Positions 17,319 to 26,682 of a DNA stretch of 64,000 nt are shown here, piece after piece; position 1 is the stretch's first letter; the number at the start of each line of letters is the position of its first letter. The translations under genes were made by a program, and so were the position numbers. Under the pieces are notes generated by a model. The model did no database searches, had not been told where the DNA came from, and was given only the letters and a program-made list of their open reading frames with translations. The DNA is taken from the NCBI GenBank assembly GCA_965217585.1, contig OZ244561.1, forward strand, positions 6,112,001-6,176,000, written 5' to 3'. The stretch is from Candidatus Latescibacterota bacterium (GTDB lineage: Bacteria; Latescibacterota; UBA2968; UBA8231).

Positions 17319-19313
17319 TTGAAAAAGAAAATCCCCGCAGAGTACCTGCAATACCTGACGAAAGAGACCAACTTGGCAGCAGATCAGCAAAGTGCCACCG
17401 GCATTCCCATGCGGGGCATATTGATCGGTGCGGTGCTCTCCTTTCTGATCAATTTCCTCGATGTGTATTGCACACTCATGATACGCGGGTCGTACCTGAC
17501 CCTGAATTTCAGTACGCCGGCGGCTCTTTTCTTTTTTTTCATTCTGGTGCTGGCTAGCGGCCTAATAACCCTCATCCGCAGGCCCCTGGCGCTAAGTCAG
17601 ACCGAGCTGATCACTATCTACATCATGATGATAGTGAGCTGCTGTGTCCCCAGCATGGGGTTGACGCCGGTCCTGCTGCCCCAACTGGTGGGTCCCATTT
17701 ACTACGCCAGCCCCGAGAACGACTGGGCCGAGATCTACAACCAGTTCATACCCAACTGGCTCATTCCGCAGGGGGAAAACGTCGCGCGCTATTTCTACGA
17801 AGGACTGCCTCAGGGTGCTCCCATTCCCTGGGGGCCTTGGATTGTGCCCCTGACCTACTGGTACGGTTTCTTCCTCTCCCTCTGTCTGGTCATGACGTTT
17901 ACTATGATTATCCTGCGCAAGCAGTGGGTGGACCGAGAAAAACTGGTCTATCCCTTGGTCCAGGTGCCGATGGAGATGATCCAGCAGGAGAGAAAGGGAA
18001 TTATCGGCAAGTCCTTCTTTACCAATAAAGTAATGTGGGTCGCCTTTGCCTTTTCGTTCATTCTGATCAGCATCAACGGGTTGAATTCCTATTACCCCTA
18101 CTTCCCGCTAATTGAGCGGGACTTCAGGCTGCCCATTTTCCGCGACACGGTCATTCTCTGGTTCTCCTTCAGTCCGTCTTGGCTCGGCTTCTTCTATTTT
18201 GTCGGTCTCGACATTTCCGCTTCCATCTGGATTTTCCACACCCTCACCCTGATCCAGAAGGGCATTTTCAACATCGTCGGCATCCAGAGTACGGAGCGGA
18301 TAGACCACTACGCCCGCGATACGTACACCTCCCATCAGGGCATGGGGGCCATGATCATCTTCGTGCTGATCATGGTATGGGGGTCGCGCGAACACCTAGG
18401 CGATGTATTTCGCAAGGCGCTTGGACGCGCACCCGAAATAGACGACTCCGGCGAGGTGGTGTCCTATCGGCAGGCGGTGTTGGGTTTGTTCGCTTCGCTG
18501 TTCCTCTTTGGCTTTGGCCTGTGGGTGAGCGGCCTGCCGCTCTTGGGAACCCTGATGTTCATCTTTAGCGCCATGGTGATTTTTCTCAGTCTGACCCGCG
18601 TTGTGACCGAAGGTGGCGTCCCAGCCATGAGGCCGCCGGTGATGAGTTCGACCTTTGTCATTTCGGGGGGCGGCACCCAAGCCTTGGGGGCTTCCGGGCT
18701 AGTGGTGCTGGGCTTCTCCTATGGCTGGCATTCCGAAATCCGCTCTTTTGTGATGGCGTCGGTGGCCAATGGGCTAAAAATGAGCGAAGTCATCAGAGGC
18801 TCCAAACGCCCTCTGTTCTGGGCCGTGATCATCGCCATTGTGGTCAGCCTGATAGGCTCTACGTATATGGTTCTGTACTTGGCTTATAAATACGGCGGCA
18901 TCAACCTCAATCCGCTCTTTTTTGGCTGGAAGGGGGGCATTGGCCCCACGGATATGGCCCCGCGCATTGTCTCAGAACCTACGGGTCCCCGTCTCGACGC
19001 TTGGCTGTTCATGGGCATTGGCGGGGCGGTGATGGCGGGATTGATGTGGGTCCGGCACCAAGTCCTCTGGTGGCCCCTCAGTCCGCTGGGGTATTTGATC
19101 AGTGCCAATTGGAAGACCAGCCATATTTACGCCAGCGTATTCCTCGCTTGGTTTCTCAAATTGGTCATCCTGAGGTATGGCGGGCCCAAGCTGTACCGCA
19201 GCTTGCGCCCGTTTTTCCTCGGTCTTATCCTCGGGGAAATTGTGGCGGCCGGAGTCTGGCTGGTCATCGATTATTTCACCGGACACATGGACAGTTTCCT
19301 CACCCAAGTATAG
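17319..19313 (+). CDS. Polytopic inner-membrane protein, DUF6785/DUF6784-like putative (oligo)peptide/oligosaccharide transporter, copy 1
   Basis: Many hydrophobic helices; ELITIYIM, YYASPENDW, ILRKQWVDREKLVYPL, WWPLSPLGY, PFFLGLILGE motifs; TTG start. Confidence 0.72.
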   Translation: MKKKIPAEYLQYLTKETNLAADQQSATGIPMRGILIGAVLSFLINFLDVYCTLMIRGSYLTLNFSTPAALFFFFILVLASGLITLIRRPLALSQTELITIYIMMIVSCCVPSMGLTPVLLPQLVGPIYYASPENDWAEIYNQFIPNWLIPQGENVARYFYEGLPQGAPIPWGPWIVPLTYWYGFFLSLCLVMTFTMIILRKQWVDREKLVYPLVQVPMEMIQQERKGIIGKSFFTNKVMWVAFAFSFILISINGLNSYYPYFPLIERDFRLPIFRDTVILWFSFSPSWLGFFYFVGLDISASIWIFHTLTLIQKGIFNIVGIQSTERIDHYARDTYTSHQGMGAMIIFVLIMVWGSREHLGDVFRKALGRAPEIDDSGEVVSYRQAVLGLFASLFLFGFGLWVSGLPLLGTLMFIFSAMVIFLSLTRVVTEGGVPAMRPPVMSSTFVISGGGTQALGASGLVVLGFSYGWHSEIRSFVMASVANGLKMSEVIRGSKRPLFWAVIIAIVVSLIGSTYMVLYLAYKYGGINLNPLFFGWKGGIGPTDMAPRIVSEPTGPRLDAWLFMGIGGAVMAGLMWVRHQVLWWPLSPLGYLISANWKTSHIYASVFLAWFLKLVILRYGGPKLYRSLRPFFLGLILGEIVAAGVWLVIDYFTGHMDSFLTQV

Positions 19314-21881
19314 TTGCTCAACGTGGCCGCGCTAGAGCCTGCTTCCCCCAATGGGGCGTCTGGGCCTTCTCCATTCGAGATGGCGACGGTGCTCAGTTGC
19401 CTTTTTCTGTCGGGGGCCGCCAGCCTGTTCTACGAAGTCTGCTGGATCAGAAAGGCCGGACTGTTCTTTGGCAGTACGACCTTCGCCTTGGCGACAGTTC
19501 TCGCCGTGTTTTTCCTCGGACTGGCCATTGGCAGTGCCTTGGCCGGTCGCTTGGCGACGTCGCTGCAGCGCCCGTTGCGGATCTATGGGATCGTCGAACT
19601 GGCCATCGCGGTGTTGGGCCTAGCGAGCAACGCGCTACTGGACGTGGCCGACGACGGCTACGGAATGCTCTATCGCTGGGCCGATGGCTCGGCACCTTGG
19701 ATTGCGCTGGCGCGCTTGGTCTTAGTGGCAGCCGTGATCCTCGCGCCCACGATTCTGATGGGGGCGACGGTCCCCTTGCTCGCTAAGGCGACCATCCGCC
19801 GACACCGCAGCCTCGGATTTGCCGCGGGTGGCCTCTACGGCATCAATGCGCTGGGGGCTGCCGCTGGGGCGGCTCTGGCCGGCTTTGTGACCCTGCCGGT
19901 CCTGGGGCTCGCCGCGACCATCTACTTGGGGGCGGGCCTCAATGTTTTGTGTGGCGTCGCCGTGCTGCTGGTCTGTTGGCAAATGAACTCCGCTCCGCTT
20001 CCCGACCAAGAAGACCAATCGACAGACGCGGGCAGGATGCTGAGAGTACCCGTCCTGCTGCCCTTGTTCTTTCTGACCGGGTTTGTCGGCGTGGCCATCG
20101 AGATTCTGTGGGCGCGCTACCTGCCGCTGATGATCACCAGTTCGGTGTACGCGTACACTCTGCCGCTGGTCGTGGTTCTGCTCGGCATTGGCCTTGGTAG
20201 CCTCGTCATCGCGCCGCTGTGCGACCGCAGCCGGTATCCAGTCGTCGTCTTCGGCCTCCTCCAGGCTTGCACTGGGCTGAGCGCCTTGGTCGCCATGAAG
20301 CTTCCCCGGGATCTCTGGACGGTGCTCGGGCAGGCCGCTCCAGAGCTGATAAGCGCCAACCACTTCATGGGCCTTCACGGTGCCATATTGCTGCCGGGCG
20401 CGCTGGCTTCGGGGGCCTCGTTTCCCCTCGTGGTCCGCCTGGTGTCGAGGAACGTCGCCGACGCGAGTTGGACGATCGGCCGGCTGACGGCAATCAATAC
20501 CGCAGGTGCCATTGCGAGTGCGGTGATCATGGCTTGGGGACTTTCCTGGTTGGGGCTCGACCTCGCGCTGCGGACGGTCACCGGCATGGCCATTGTCGGT
20601 GCCAGTGTGGCCTTTGCCGCAGGGGTAGGCCGCCAGATGGGCCGGCGCGTCGCGGCCTTGCTGATCGCCTTCAGTATAATTGGGTGGGGACTCGCCGCGA
20701 CCCTGCTCAAAACGAGGCTGCCCCACGACCATCTGTCTTCCGAGGGGACCCTGCTCGAAGTAGTGGAGGGCCAAGGTGCCAGCCTTGCCGTGGTGCAACT
20801 CGAAGACAAGGTGCTGCTCGGGATCGACCGCTTGTGGCAGGGTTCCAACAAGAAGAACCAGCAGACCTTTGCCGGCCATCTGCCCATGCTGCTGCGCGGC
20901 GATGGCAACGGGACGGATGTGCTGGTAGTGGGTATGGGTACTGGCCAAGCTGCGGGGCGATTTCTGTTGTGGGATGTCCATAGGCTCGATTGCCTAGATG
21001 TGGAAGCGGCTGTTTTCGATCTCGCCCGCCGCTACTTTGGCGCGACTTGGCTGGACGACCCTCGGGTGCGCGCCCTAGCAGAAGACGGCCGGGATTACAT
21101 CCGCCACAGCCAAGCCCGCTACGATGTGATCGGCATTGAAGTGGGCCAACTCTTTCGCCCGGGTATCATTTCCTTTTACACCAAAGATTTTTACCAGCGC
21201 CTCAAACAGCGGCTAGAGCCCGGCGGTCTAGTGACGCAATTCGTGCCGGTGCGGATGCTTTCCACGCCGCAAGTGCTCGACATCGTCGCCACCTTCATCA
21301 GCGTCTTTCCGCAGAGTCAGCTCTGGTTCAATGGGCCCGAGTTTGTCTTGATCGGTCGCCGGGCGGATGCCTTTGCGCTCGACATCCCATCCCTCGAAGA
21401 GCGGCTGGGGAGGACTGAAATTCGCCGCGATCTGCATTACCGGCACCCGCTGGACGCGAATACGGGGTTGCTCAACGAGTCCGACAGCGTCTTGGGGAGC
21501 TTCCTAGCTGCGGCTGAGGATCTGCGCATCTTAGCTCGCGATGGGCGGATTCTCGCGGATGACGTGCCTAGGTTTGACTACGAACTCGATCCGCATCAAG
21601 ATATCGAGGTGCGCACCGTGGGTGCCTTGCTCGAGATCGAAAAACCCTTGCGCAAGGCGGCCTCTGTCGCGCTTGATGGGAGGCGCATGGCCCGCATTGA
21701 ACAAATGCGCAAACAAAATCTGTACGCCTTGGCCAACCTGATCGTCGACCGCGGCAACAAAGCCTTGCAGGCCGGGCAACTAAAGTTGGCCGAGCGGACT
21801 GCGCGGGAGGTGCTGGCCGAGGTGCCGGCGCATACTAGGGCGCTTTGGCTCCTCGAAAGGATTGAGGGCCGCGTTCGGTGA
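19314..21881 (+). CDS. Fused MFS-like membrane domain / spermidine-synthase-like SAM-binding domain protein
   Basis: FLSGAASLFYEVCW.R, PTILMGATVP, LYGINALGA repeated twice; VLVVGMGTG, EDGRDY..YDVI; start may be ATG 19380. Confidence 0.82.
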   Translation: MLNVAALEPASPNGASGPSPFEMATVLSCLFLSGAASLFYEVCWIRKAGLFFGSTTFALATVLAVFFLGLAIGSALAGRLATSLQRPLRIYGIVELAIAVLGLASNALLDVADDGYGMLYRWADGSAPWIALARLVLVAAVILAPTILMGATVPLLAKATIRRHRSLGFAAGGLYGINALGAAAGAALAGFVTLPVLGLAATIYLGAGLNVLCGVAVLLVCWQMNSAPLPDQEDQSTDAGRMLRVPVLLPLFFLTGFVGVAIEILWARYLPLMITSSVYAYTLPLVVVLLGIGLGSLVIAPLCDRSRYPVVVFGLLQACTGLSALVAMKLPRDLWTVLGQAAPELISANHFMGLHGAILLPGALASGASFPLVVRLVSRNVADASWTIGRLTAINTAGAIASAVIMAWGLSWLGLDLALRTVTGMAIVGASVAFAAGVGRQMGRRVAALLIAFSIIGWGLAATLLKTRLPHDHLSSEGTLLEVVEGQGASLAVVQLEDKVLLGIDRLWQGSNKKNQQTFAGHLPMLLRGDGNGTDVLVVGMGTGQAAGRFLLWDVHRLDCLDVEAAVFDLARRYFGATWLDDPRVRALAEDGRDYIRHSQARYDVIGIEVGQLFRPGIISFYTKDFYQRLKQRLEPGGLVTQFVPVRMLSTPQVLDIVATFISVFPQSQLWFNGPEFVLIGRRADAFALDIPSLEERLGRTEIRRDLHYRHPLDANTGLLNESDSVLGSFLAAAEDLRILARDGRILADDVPRFDYELDPHQDIEVRTVGALLEIEKPLRKAASVALDGRRMARIEQMRKQNLYALANLIVDRGNKALQAGQLKLAERTAREVLAEVPAHTRALWLLERIEGRVR

Positions 21882-21893
21882 ACGAAGCGGCGC

Positions 21894-23918
21894 TCAAAAA
21901 TACCCGATGACGTTGCCGATCTTCCCGGTGAAGAAGTCTATGATCCACCACAGCCCGGCCACTACGATCTGGCCGATGATCAAACCCAAGAAAAACAGCC
22001 TGGACTTCCGGTACAGCGACGATCCACCGTATTTGAGGATGATGGTCTTGAAGAACCACGCCAGGAACACGCTGAACCACACCCAATTCATGATGTAGAA
22101 CGTGCCGGTGGCAAAGCCTATGGGGTGTACGGGCCACCACACGAACCGGTACCTGACATAAGTCAACACCCCCATGAGACCCGCGCCGATTCCGGTGAAA
22201 ACCCACCCGCCCCAATTGACCGGCACCGGATCGTTGATTTTAGGGGTTATGAAAGTGAAGACCGTATTCTGGGGAATCGAAACGAAAAAGAAGCCGTATA
22301 GATTGATCCCGCCATAGGTGTGCGCCAGATGCATGAGCTGCCATATGGAACTGACCAAGCTAATTAAAACGGCCAAGAACAACGCCCACACCACCCTCCT
22401 TTTATTTTTGATTTCTTCCGCCAGTTTCAGGGCGTTGGCGAGAATCGGCATGAAAAACACGCGGATATTCGCGCTCCAGATGTAGGTGAATGCCACGCCG
22501 ATCAGCCCGGAGGTGCCCAGGGCGGTGGTCCCCAGCCCGGATATGACGAAATCGGCCGGCGTCAACGGGGTGCGGATCACCGAGATTCCTCCCTCCGCCA
22601 CGGCCCGGGTAAGGGCGATGAAGATGACGAACGCGGCGGCCAGGAAGATCGGCACGATCCACAGGGGCAGCCCGGACTTCCACAGCCAGACTACCATCAA
22701 TCCCAGCCCAGTGAGCAGACCCCAGACCGCGGTGCGATAGGACAGGATCTCGCCGCTGTCATCGATTTCGGGATCTCCTTTCAAGGCCTTTCTGAAGACC
22801 TCTCGGAGATGCTCCCGCCCCATCCACATACCGGACAGCACCAGCACGATCATGGCACCCATGGCCTGGTGCGCCAGGTACGGGCCGACCGAATTGGCAA
22901 AGCGGCTCAGGTTTTCGCTGCTGTGGATACCCAAGATATTGAACGCGCCCCGCTGCAGGGTCGACAACAGGAAAAAGAGCCAGAAGCCCAGGGCGATATC
23001 GCGATTGATCAGATAGGCGAAACCAAGCAGGGCCACGTTCAGGTCCAGGCGGAGGTAGGTACTCCCCCTGAACAGGTTTAGCTCCGTATAGGTGCTGAGG
23101 CCTGGCACGAAAGGGAAATAATTGTGCAGGGCATTGATATTGCCCATGATGAAGGGGACGGCGAACCCCGCCCACATGAGCCCGCTCTTGAAGAACGGCT
23201 TGATCCTCGGGGCCAGCGCCTCGGGGCTGCGCGCCCCTCGCGGTTCATCCTGGATCATCTCCAGGGGCACCTGGACCAGCGGGTAGATCAACTTTTCCTG
23301 TTCCATCCACTGCTTGCGCAGGATGACCATCATACACAGGGAGACCCAGAACAGCGCGATGATGAACAAGCCCCAGTAGAACAGCGGCTCCAGCCAGGCC
23401 TCCCAGGGTATGGACCCATCTTGGGGCAGTCCTTCGTAGAAGAGCTTCACCGCCCGGTAGTCGTCGACTACCATCCACCGGGGCAGGTGGGGGTGGATGA
23501 GATTGGCCCAGTCGTTCTCGGGCGTGGCGTAGTAGAAAACCCCGGTGATGATCGGTAGCACATAGGAAGTGAAACCAATGGTAGGCAGGGCCGCGGCGAC
23601 CATGGCCATGATGTACACCACGGCCAGTTCGGCGCGGGCCAGGACCAGCCTTCTGCTGACCAGCCCCAGGCCCACATTGATCAGCGCCACATAAACGAAG
23701 AAGGAGAACAGAGAAACGGGTGTGCTGAAATTGTGCGCCGGCGAGGTGCCTCCCAGCATCAGCTTGATATAGGCGGAACTGATACCCACGAAAAGCGCCA
23801 TCAAGGCGCCGACAAAGACAGCCCTGAAGGTAATATCCCCGGCCTCTCCCCCGGAGAACCCCGGCGAGGAGGAGGGTTTTAAATACCTTCGAAATGCTTC
23901 TGGCACTTCCTTGTCCAA
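21894..23918 (-). CDS. DUF6785/DUF6784-like polytopic membrane protein, copy 2
   Basis: Same motifs as 17319-19313 (YYATPENDW, ILRKQWMEQEKLIYPL, WWPVHPIGF); TTG 23918 aligns its N-terminus (DKEVPEAFRRYL) with copy 1 (KKKIPAEYLQYL). Confidence 0.72.
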   Translation of the reverse strand: MDKEVPEAFRRYLKPSSSPGFSGGEAGDITFRAVFVGALMALFVGISSAYIKLMLGGTSPAHNFSTPVSLFSFFVYVALINVGLGLVSRRLVLARAELAVVYIMAMVAAALPTIGFTSYVLPIITGVFYYATPENDWANLIHPHLPRWMVVDDYRAVKLFYEGLPQDGSIPWEAWLEPLFYWGLFIIALFWVSLCMMVILRKQWMEQEKLIYPLVQVPLEMIQDEPRGARSPEALAPRIKPFFKSGLMWAGFAVPFIMGNINALHNYFPFVPGLSTYTELNLFRGSTYLRLDLNVALLGFAYLINRDIALGFWLFFLLSTLQRGAFNILGIHSSENLSRFANSVGPYLAHQAMGAMIVLVLSGMWMGREHLREVFRKALKGDPEIDDSGEILSYRTAVWGLLTGLGLMVVWLWKSGLPLWIVPIFLAAAFVIFIALTRAVAEGGISVIRTPLTPADFVISGLGTTALGTSGLIGVAFTYIWSANIRVFFMPILANALKLAEEIKNKRRVVWALFLAVLISLVSSIWQLMHLAHTYGGINLYGFFFVSIPQNTVFTFITPKINDPVPVNWGGWVFTGIGAGLMGVLTYVRYRFVWWPVHPIGFATGTFYIMNWVWFSVFLAWFFKTIILKYGGSSLYRKSRLFFLGLIIGQIVVAGLWWIIDFFTGKIGNVIGYF

Positions 23919-24148
23919 ACAGGCATCCCCATCTGACAAAATACAATGCAAGCGGCAGTAATATACAGCAGTAAACTGCCCCGAGCCAGCTACAGAAAAG
24001 CGACTGGAGCAGAGCAGCCCGGAATCGCTTCAACTGTGCGGGCACAGGCATTTTTCGCGTGTATCGGGCCGGTAAAAAACGTATATTCAACCTTCGGGTG
24101 GAAGTGAGATTTGGGTTTATCCCTCTCTTGCAGCGGAGGTGTTAAAAC

Positions 24149-26671
24149 ATGCACTCCCCCAGGGTGTTGCACTGGGCCAGCGCCGGGTTCGCCGTGCTGC
24201 TCTTGTCCATCCAGGTCCAGGCGCAGGCGTATCGCCTCAGCGGCAACCAGCTCGCAATCGACCGGCGTTCCCACTGGGTAAACTGGGAGATCGCCGGCGG
24301 CCTCGTCGAGATTTCGCCGGACGGTCAGGTTGCCCCTCGCTTCATCCAGAAAAACACCAATGCGGTGCTGGATGCAGAGCAGTTCGAAAATTCCACCAGC
24401 CCCGGCGGGCTCGAGGTCGGCTCCAATCCGTCGGAGGCGCGCAATCTGATCGACGGCGACATGGATACATCCTGGGGGCCCGATCCCGACAGTCCTCTGG
24501 AAAACTGGCGCTTCACCCTGCACCTGGGCCGGATTGTCATCGCCTCGAAAATCGTCCTGCGCTTTGCCGCCGAAGACGTGGGGGACCCCTTTCTCCAGTT
24601 CAAGGTTCTGGCCTGGCGCCAAGGGCCCAAGCGGGCCTGGGATCGGCCCTACACCCTGGCGGGAACGAATATCCCGAACTTCTGGGAAATCGGCCGTACC
24701 GACAAATCCAACAAGCAGCAAAGAGTCTTCGAATTCGTCGTCGAGCCTACCGAATCCACGGATGAGCTGTTCACCGGGGATCCGATCGAAGCGGTGCGGG
24801 TGATCGTCACGGACAGCGATTTTTTTAGGGCCGAAGAGATTTCAAAGGAGGCCTACGAGGCGTTGCTGCCCGAAAAGCGCGGGGTGGTGGAATACTACAG
24901 GAAGGATGCCTCGGGATGGGAAACCCTGGTTTCGGAGCAGGATTACGAGGCGATCGACGCAGCGAACCAGGGCCCGATACGCTACTTCCGCAAGGAAATC
25001 CCCCGCTTGGCCGAAATCGAGGTCTGGACCCCCGGCGAAAATATCAACATGGGTGCCACCGAGCGGGGGGGAATCCTCCATCTGGTAACCGATGCCGGGC
25101 CAAAGGACCTGGGCCGCTCGGTCACGGACGGGGATTACAGCACCGGGCACGACGGCTCGATCTTCGAGGACCAGACCTTCACCTTCTTCGAAGACCTAGG
25201 CGCTCTGTTCTGGGTTGATACCATGCAGTTCATTCTCGACGGAGTCACGAGCATCGACGAGTTCTTCTTGGATGTATCCGATGGTACCAGGGCACCCGAC
25301 GGCACCATCAAGTGGACCCGGGTGGCCGCCAATCTGGTCCGGTCGAAATTCCGCGAGTTCAGGATCGAGCCGGTCCGGCTCCGCTACATCCGCACGCCCT
25401 TCCAGAACCCGACCCGGAGACTGACTTACATAGGGATCACCGAGGTGATGCTCTACGGGGAAGGCTACGTTCCGGAGGTGGTGCTGAGTTCGGGGCTGAT
25501 CGAGCTGGGGGCCCGGAAAAACCTCATCGCCATCAACTGGGAGGCGGACACGCCGCCCGGCACCACGGTCCAGATGCAGACCCGGACGGGCAACCAGTTG
25601 GACGAAATCAAGATCTACCACGACACCAGCGGCAAGGTCGTGACGGAGGTGGCCTTCAACAAGCTGCCCAGTTTCAAGCAGGGCGAGATCACCAGCCTTT
25701 TTGTGCCGGGAGGGGACTGGAGCACCTGGAGCCCTCCCCATCGCCACAGCGGCGAGCTCATCCTGTCCCCCAGCCCGAGGGAGTTCATGGAGATCAGGGC
25801 GCTGCTGCTGTCGGAGCGCGCCGACGCGGCCCCCACGCTGCGATCCGTCACCGTGGATCTCTCCAATCCGCTGGCCGCCCAGCTGCTGGGAGAGGTGTGG
25901 CCCAACCGCATCGAGACCACGGGTAAGGCCGAGGAGTTCGCGTTTTTCCTGCGCCCCTCTTTCAGCGGCTCCAGGCAAGGATTCGACGAAATCGCCATTG
26001 CCGCCTCGGCCGGAGTGGCCCTGGAGGAATTGCTCGAAGTGCGCCTAGGCAGCGACGCAGATTTTCTCAACAACGAAGCGACTCTTTTGACCCCTGCTGA
26101 ACTGGCGGAGTACCGAACCCGGCCCGATACCCTCTGGTTCCGCCTGTCCGATCCGGTGGGAAGGGACGTGGACATGGTAGAGATCCGCTTCCGCTCGACG
26201 ATCTTTGCCAATAGCGCCTCGTTCGACGCTGCCGTGCAAAGCTCTGGCGCTGCTGGTTTCTGGCAGAAGGTCGACGGCGGCGAAGCCACGGACCTGGTGG
26301 ACAGCCAGACCACGACGGTGCTGGCCCTCGGAGACAACGAACTCATCAAAGACGTGCGCCTCGATTCCAAGGTCGTGACGCCCAATGGCGACGGTGTCAA
26401 CGACGCGCTGAAATTCAGTTTCAGCATCGCCCGCTTGATCCAGAGCGACGGGGTGAGCGTGAGCATATACGACCTCAGCGGTGCTCTGGTCAAAAAGCTG
26501 GCGGCAGACAAAGCGGACCCGCGCGGACAGTACGATGTGCTGTGGTTCGGAGAAAATGCCTCGGGTCAACTGGTCCCCGTGGGGATTTATCTGGCCAGAA
26601 TCGAAGTCGACACCGATGTGGAAACAGGAGTGGAAACCTCGGCGCAGCACCTAGTCTACGTAGCCTACTGA
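24149..26671 (+). CDS. Family A secreted FlgD-Ig protein, subtype gamma
   Basis: Signal peptide; QAYRLSGNQL; GDPFLQFKVL; PRLAEIEVWT.GENI; WSTWSPPH; TPNGDGVND; ends YVAY. Confidence 0.76.
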   Translation: MHSPRVLHWASAGFAVLLLSIQVQAQAYRLSGNQLAIDRRSHWVNWEIAGGLVEISPDGQVAPRFIQKNTNAVLDAEQFENSTSPGGLEVGSNPSEARNLIDGDMDTSWGPDPDSPLENWRFTLHLGRIVIASKIVLRFAAEDVGDPFLQFKVLAWRQGPKRAWDRPYTLAGTNIPNFWEIGRTDKSNKQQRVFEFVVEPTESTDELFTGDPIEAVRVIVTDSDFFRAEEISKEAYEALLPEKRGVVEYYRKDASGWETLVSEQDYEAIDAANQGPIRYFRKEIPRLAEIEVWTPGENINMGATERGGILHLVTDAGPKDLGRSVTDGDYSTGHDGSIFEDQTFTFFEDLGALFWVDTMQFILDGVTSIDEFFLDVSDGTRAPDGTIKWTRVAANLVRSKFREFRIEPVRLRYIRTPFQNPTRRLTYIGITEVMLYGEGYVPEVVLSSGLIELGARKNLIAINWEADTPPGTTVQMQTRTGNQLDEIKIYHDTSGKVVTEVAFNKLPSFKQGEITSLFVPGGDWSTWSPPHRHSGELILSPSPREFMEIRALLLSERADAAPTLRSVTVDLSNPLAAQLLGEVWPNRIETTGKAEEFAFFLRPSFSGSRQGFDEIAIAASAGVALEELLEVRLGSDADFLNNEATLLTPAELAEYRTRPDTLWFRLSDPVGRDVDMVEIRFRSTIFANSASFDAAVQSSGAAGFWQKVDGGEATDLVDSQTTTVLALGDNELIKDVRLDSKVVTPNGDGVNDALKFSFSIARLIQSDGVSVSIYDLSGALVKKLAADKADPRGQYDVLWFGENASGQLVPVGIYLARIEVDTDVETGVETSAQHLVYVAY

Positions 26672-26682
26672 GGAGGATGGAG

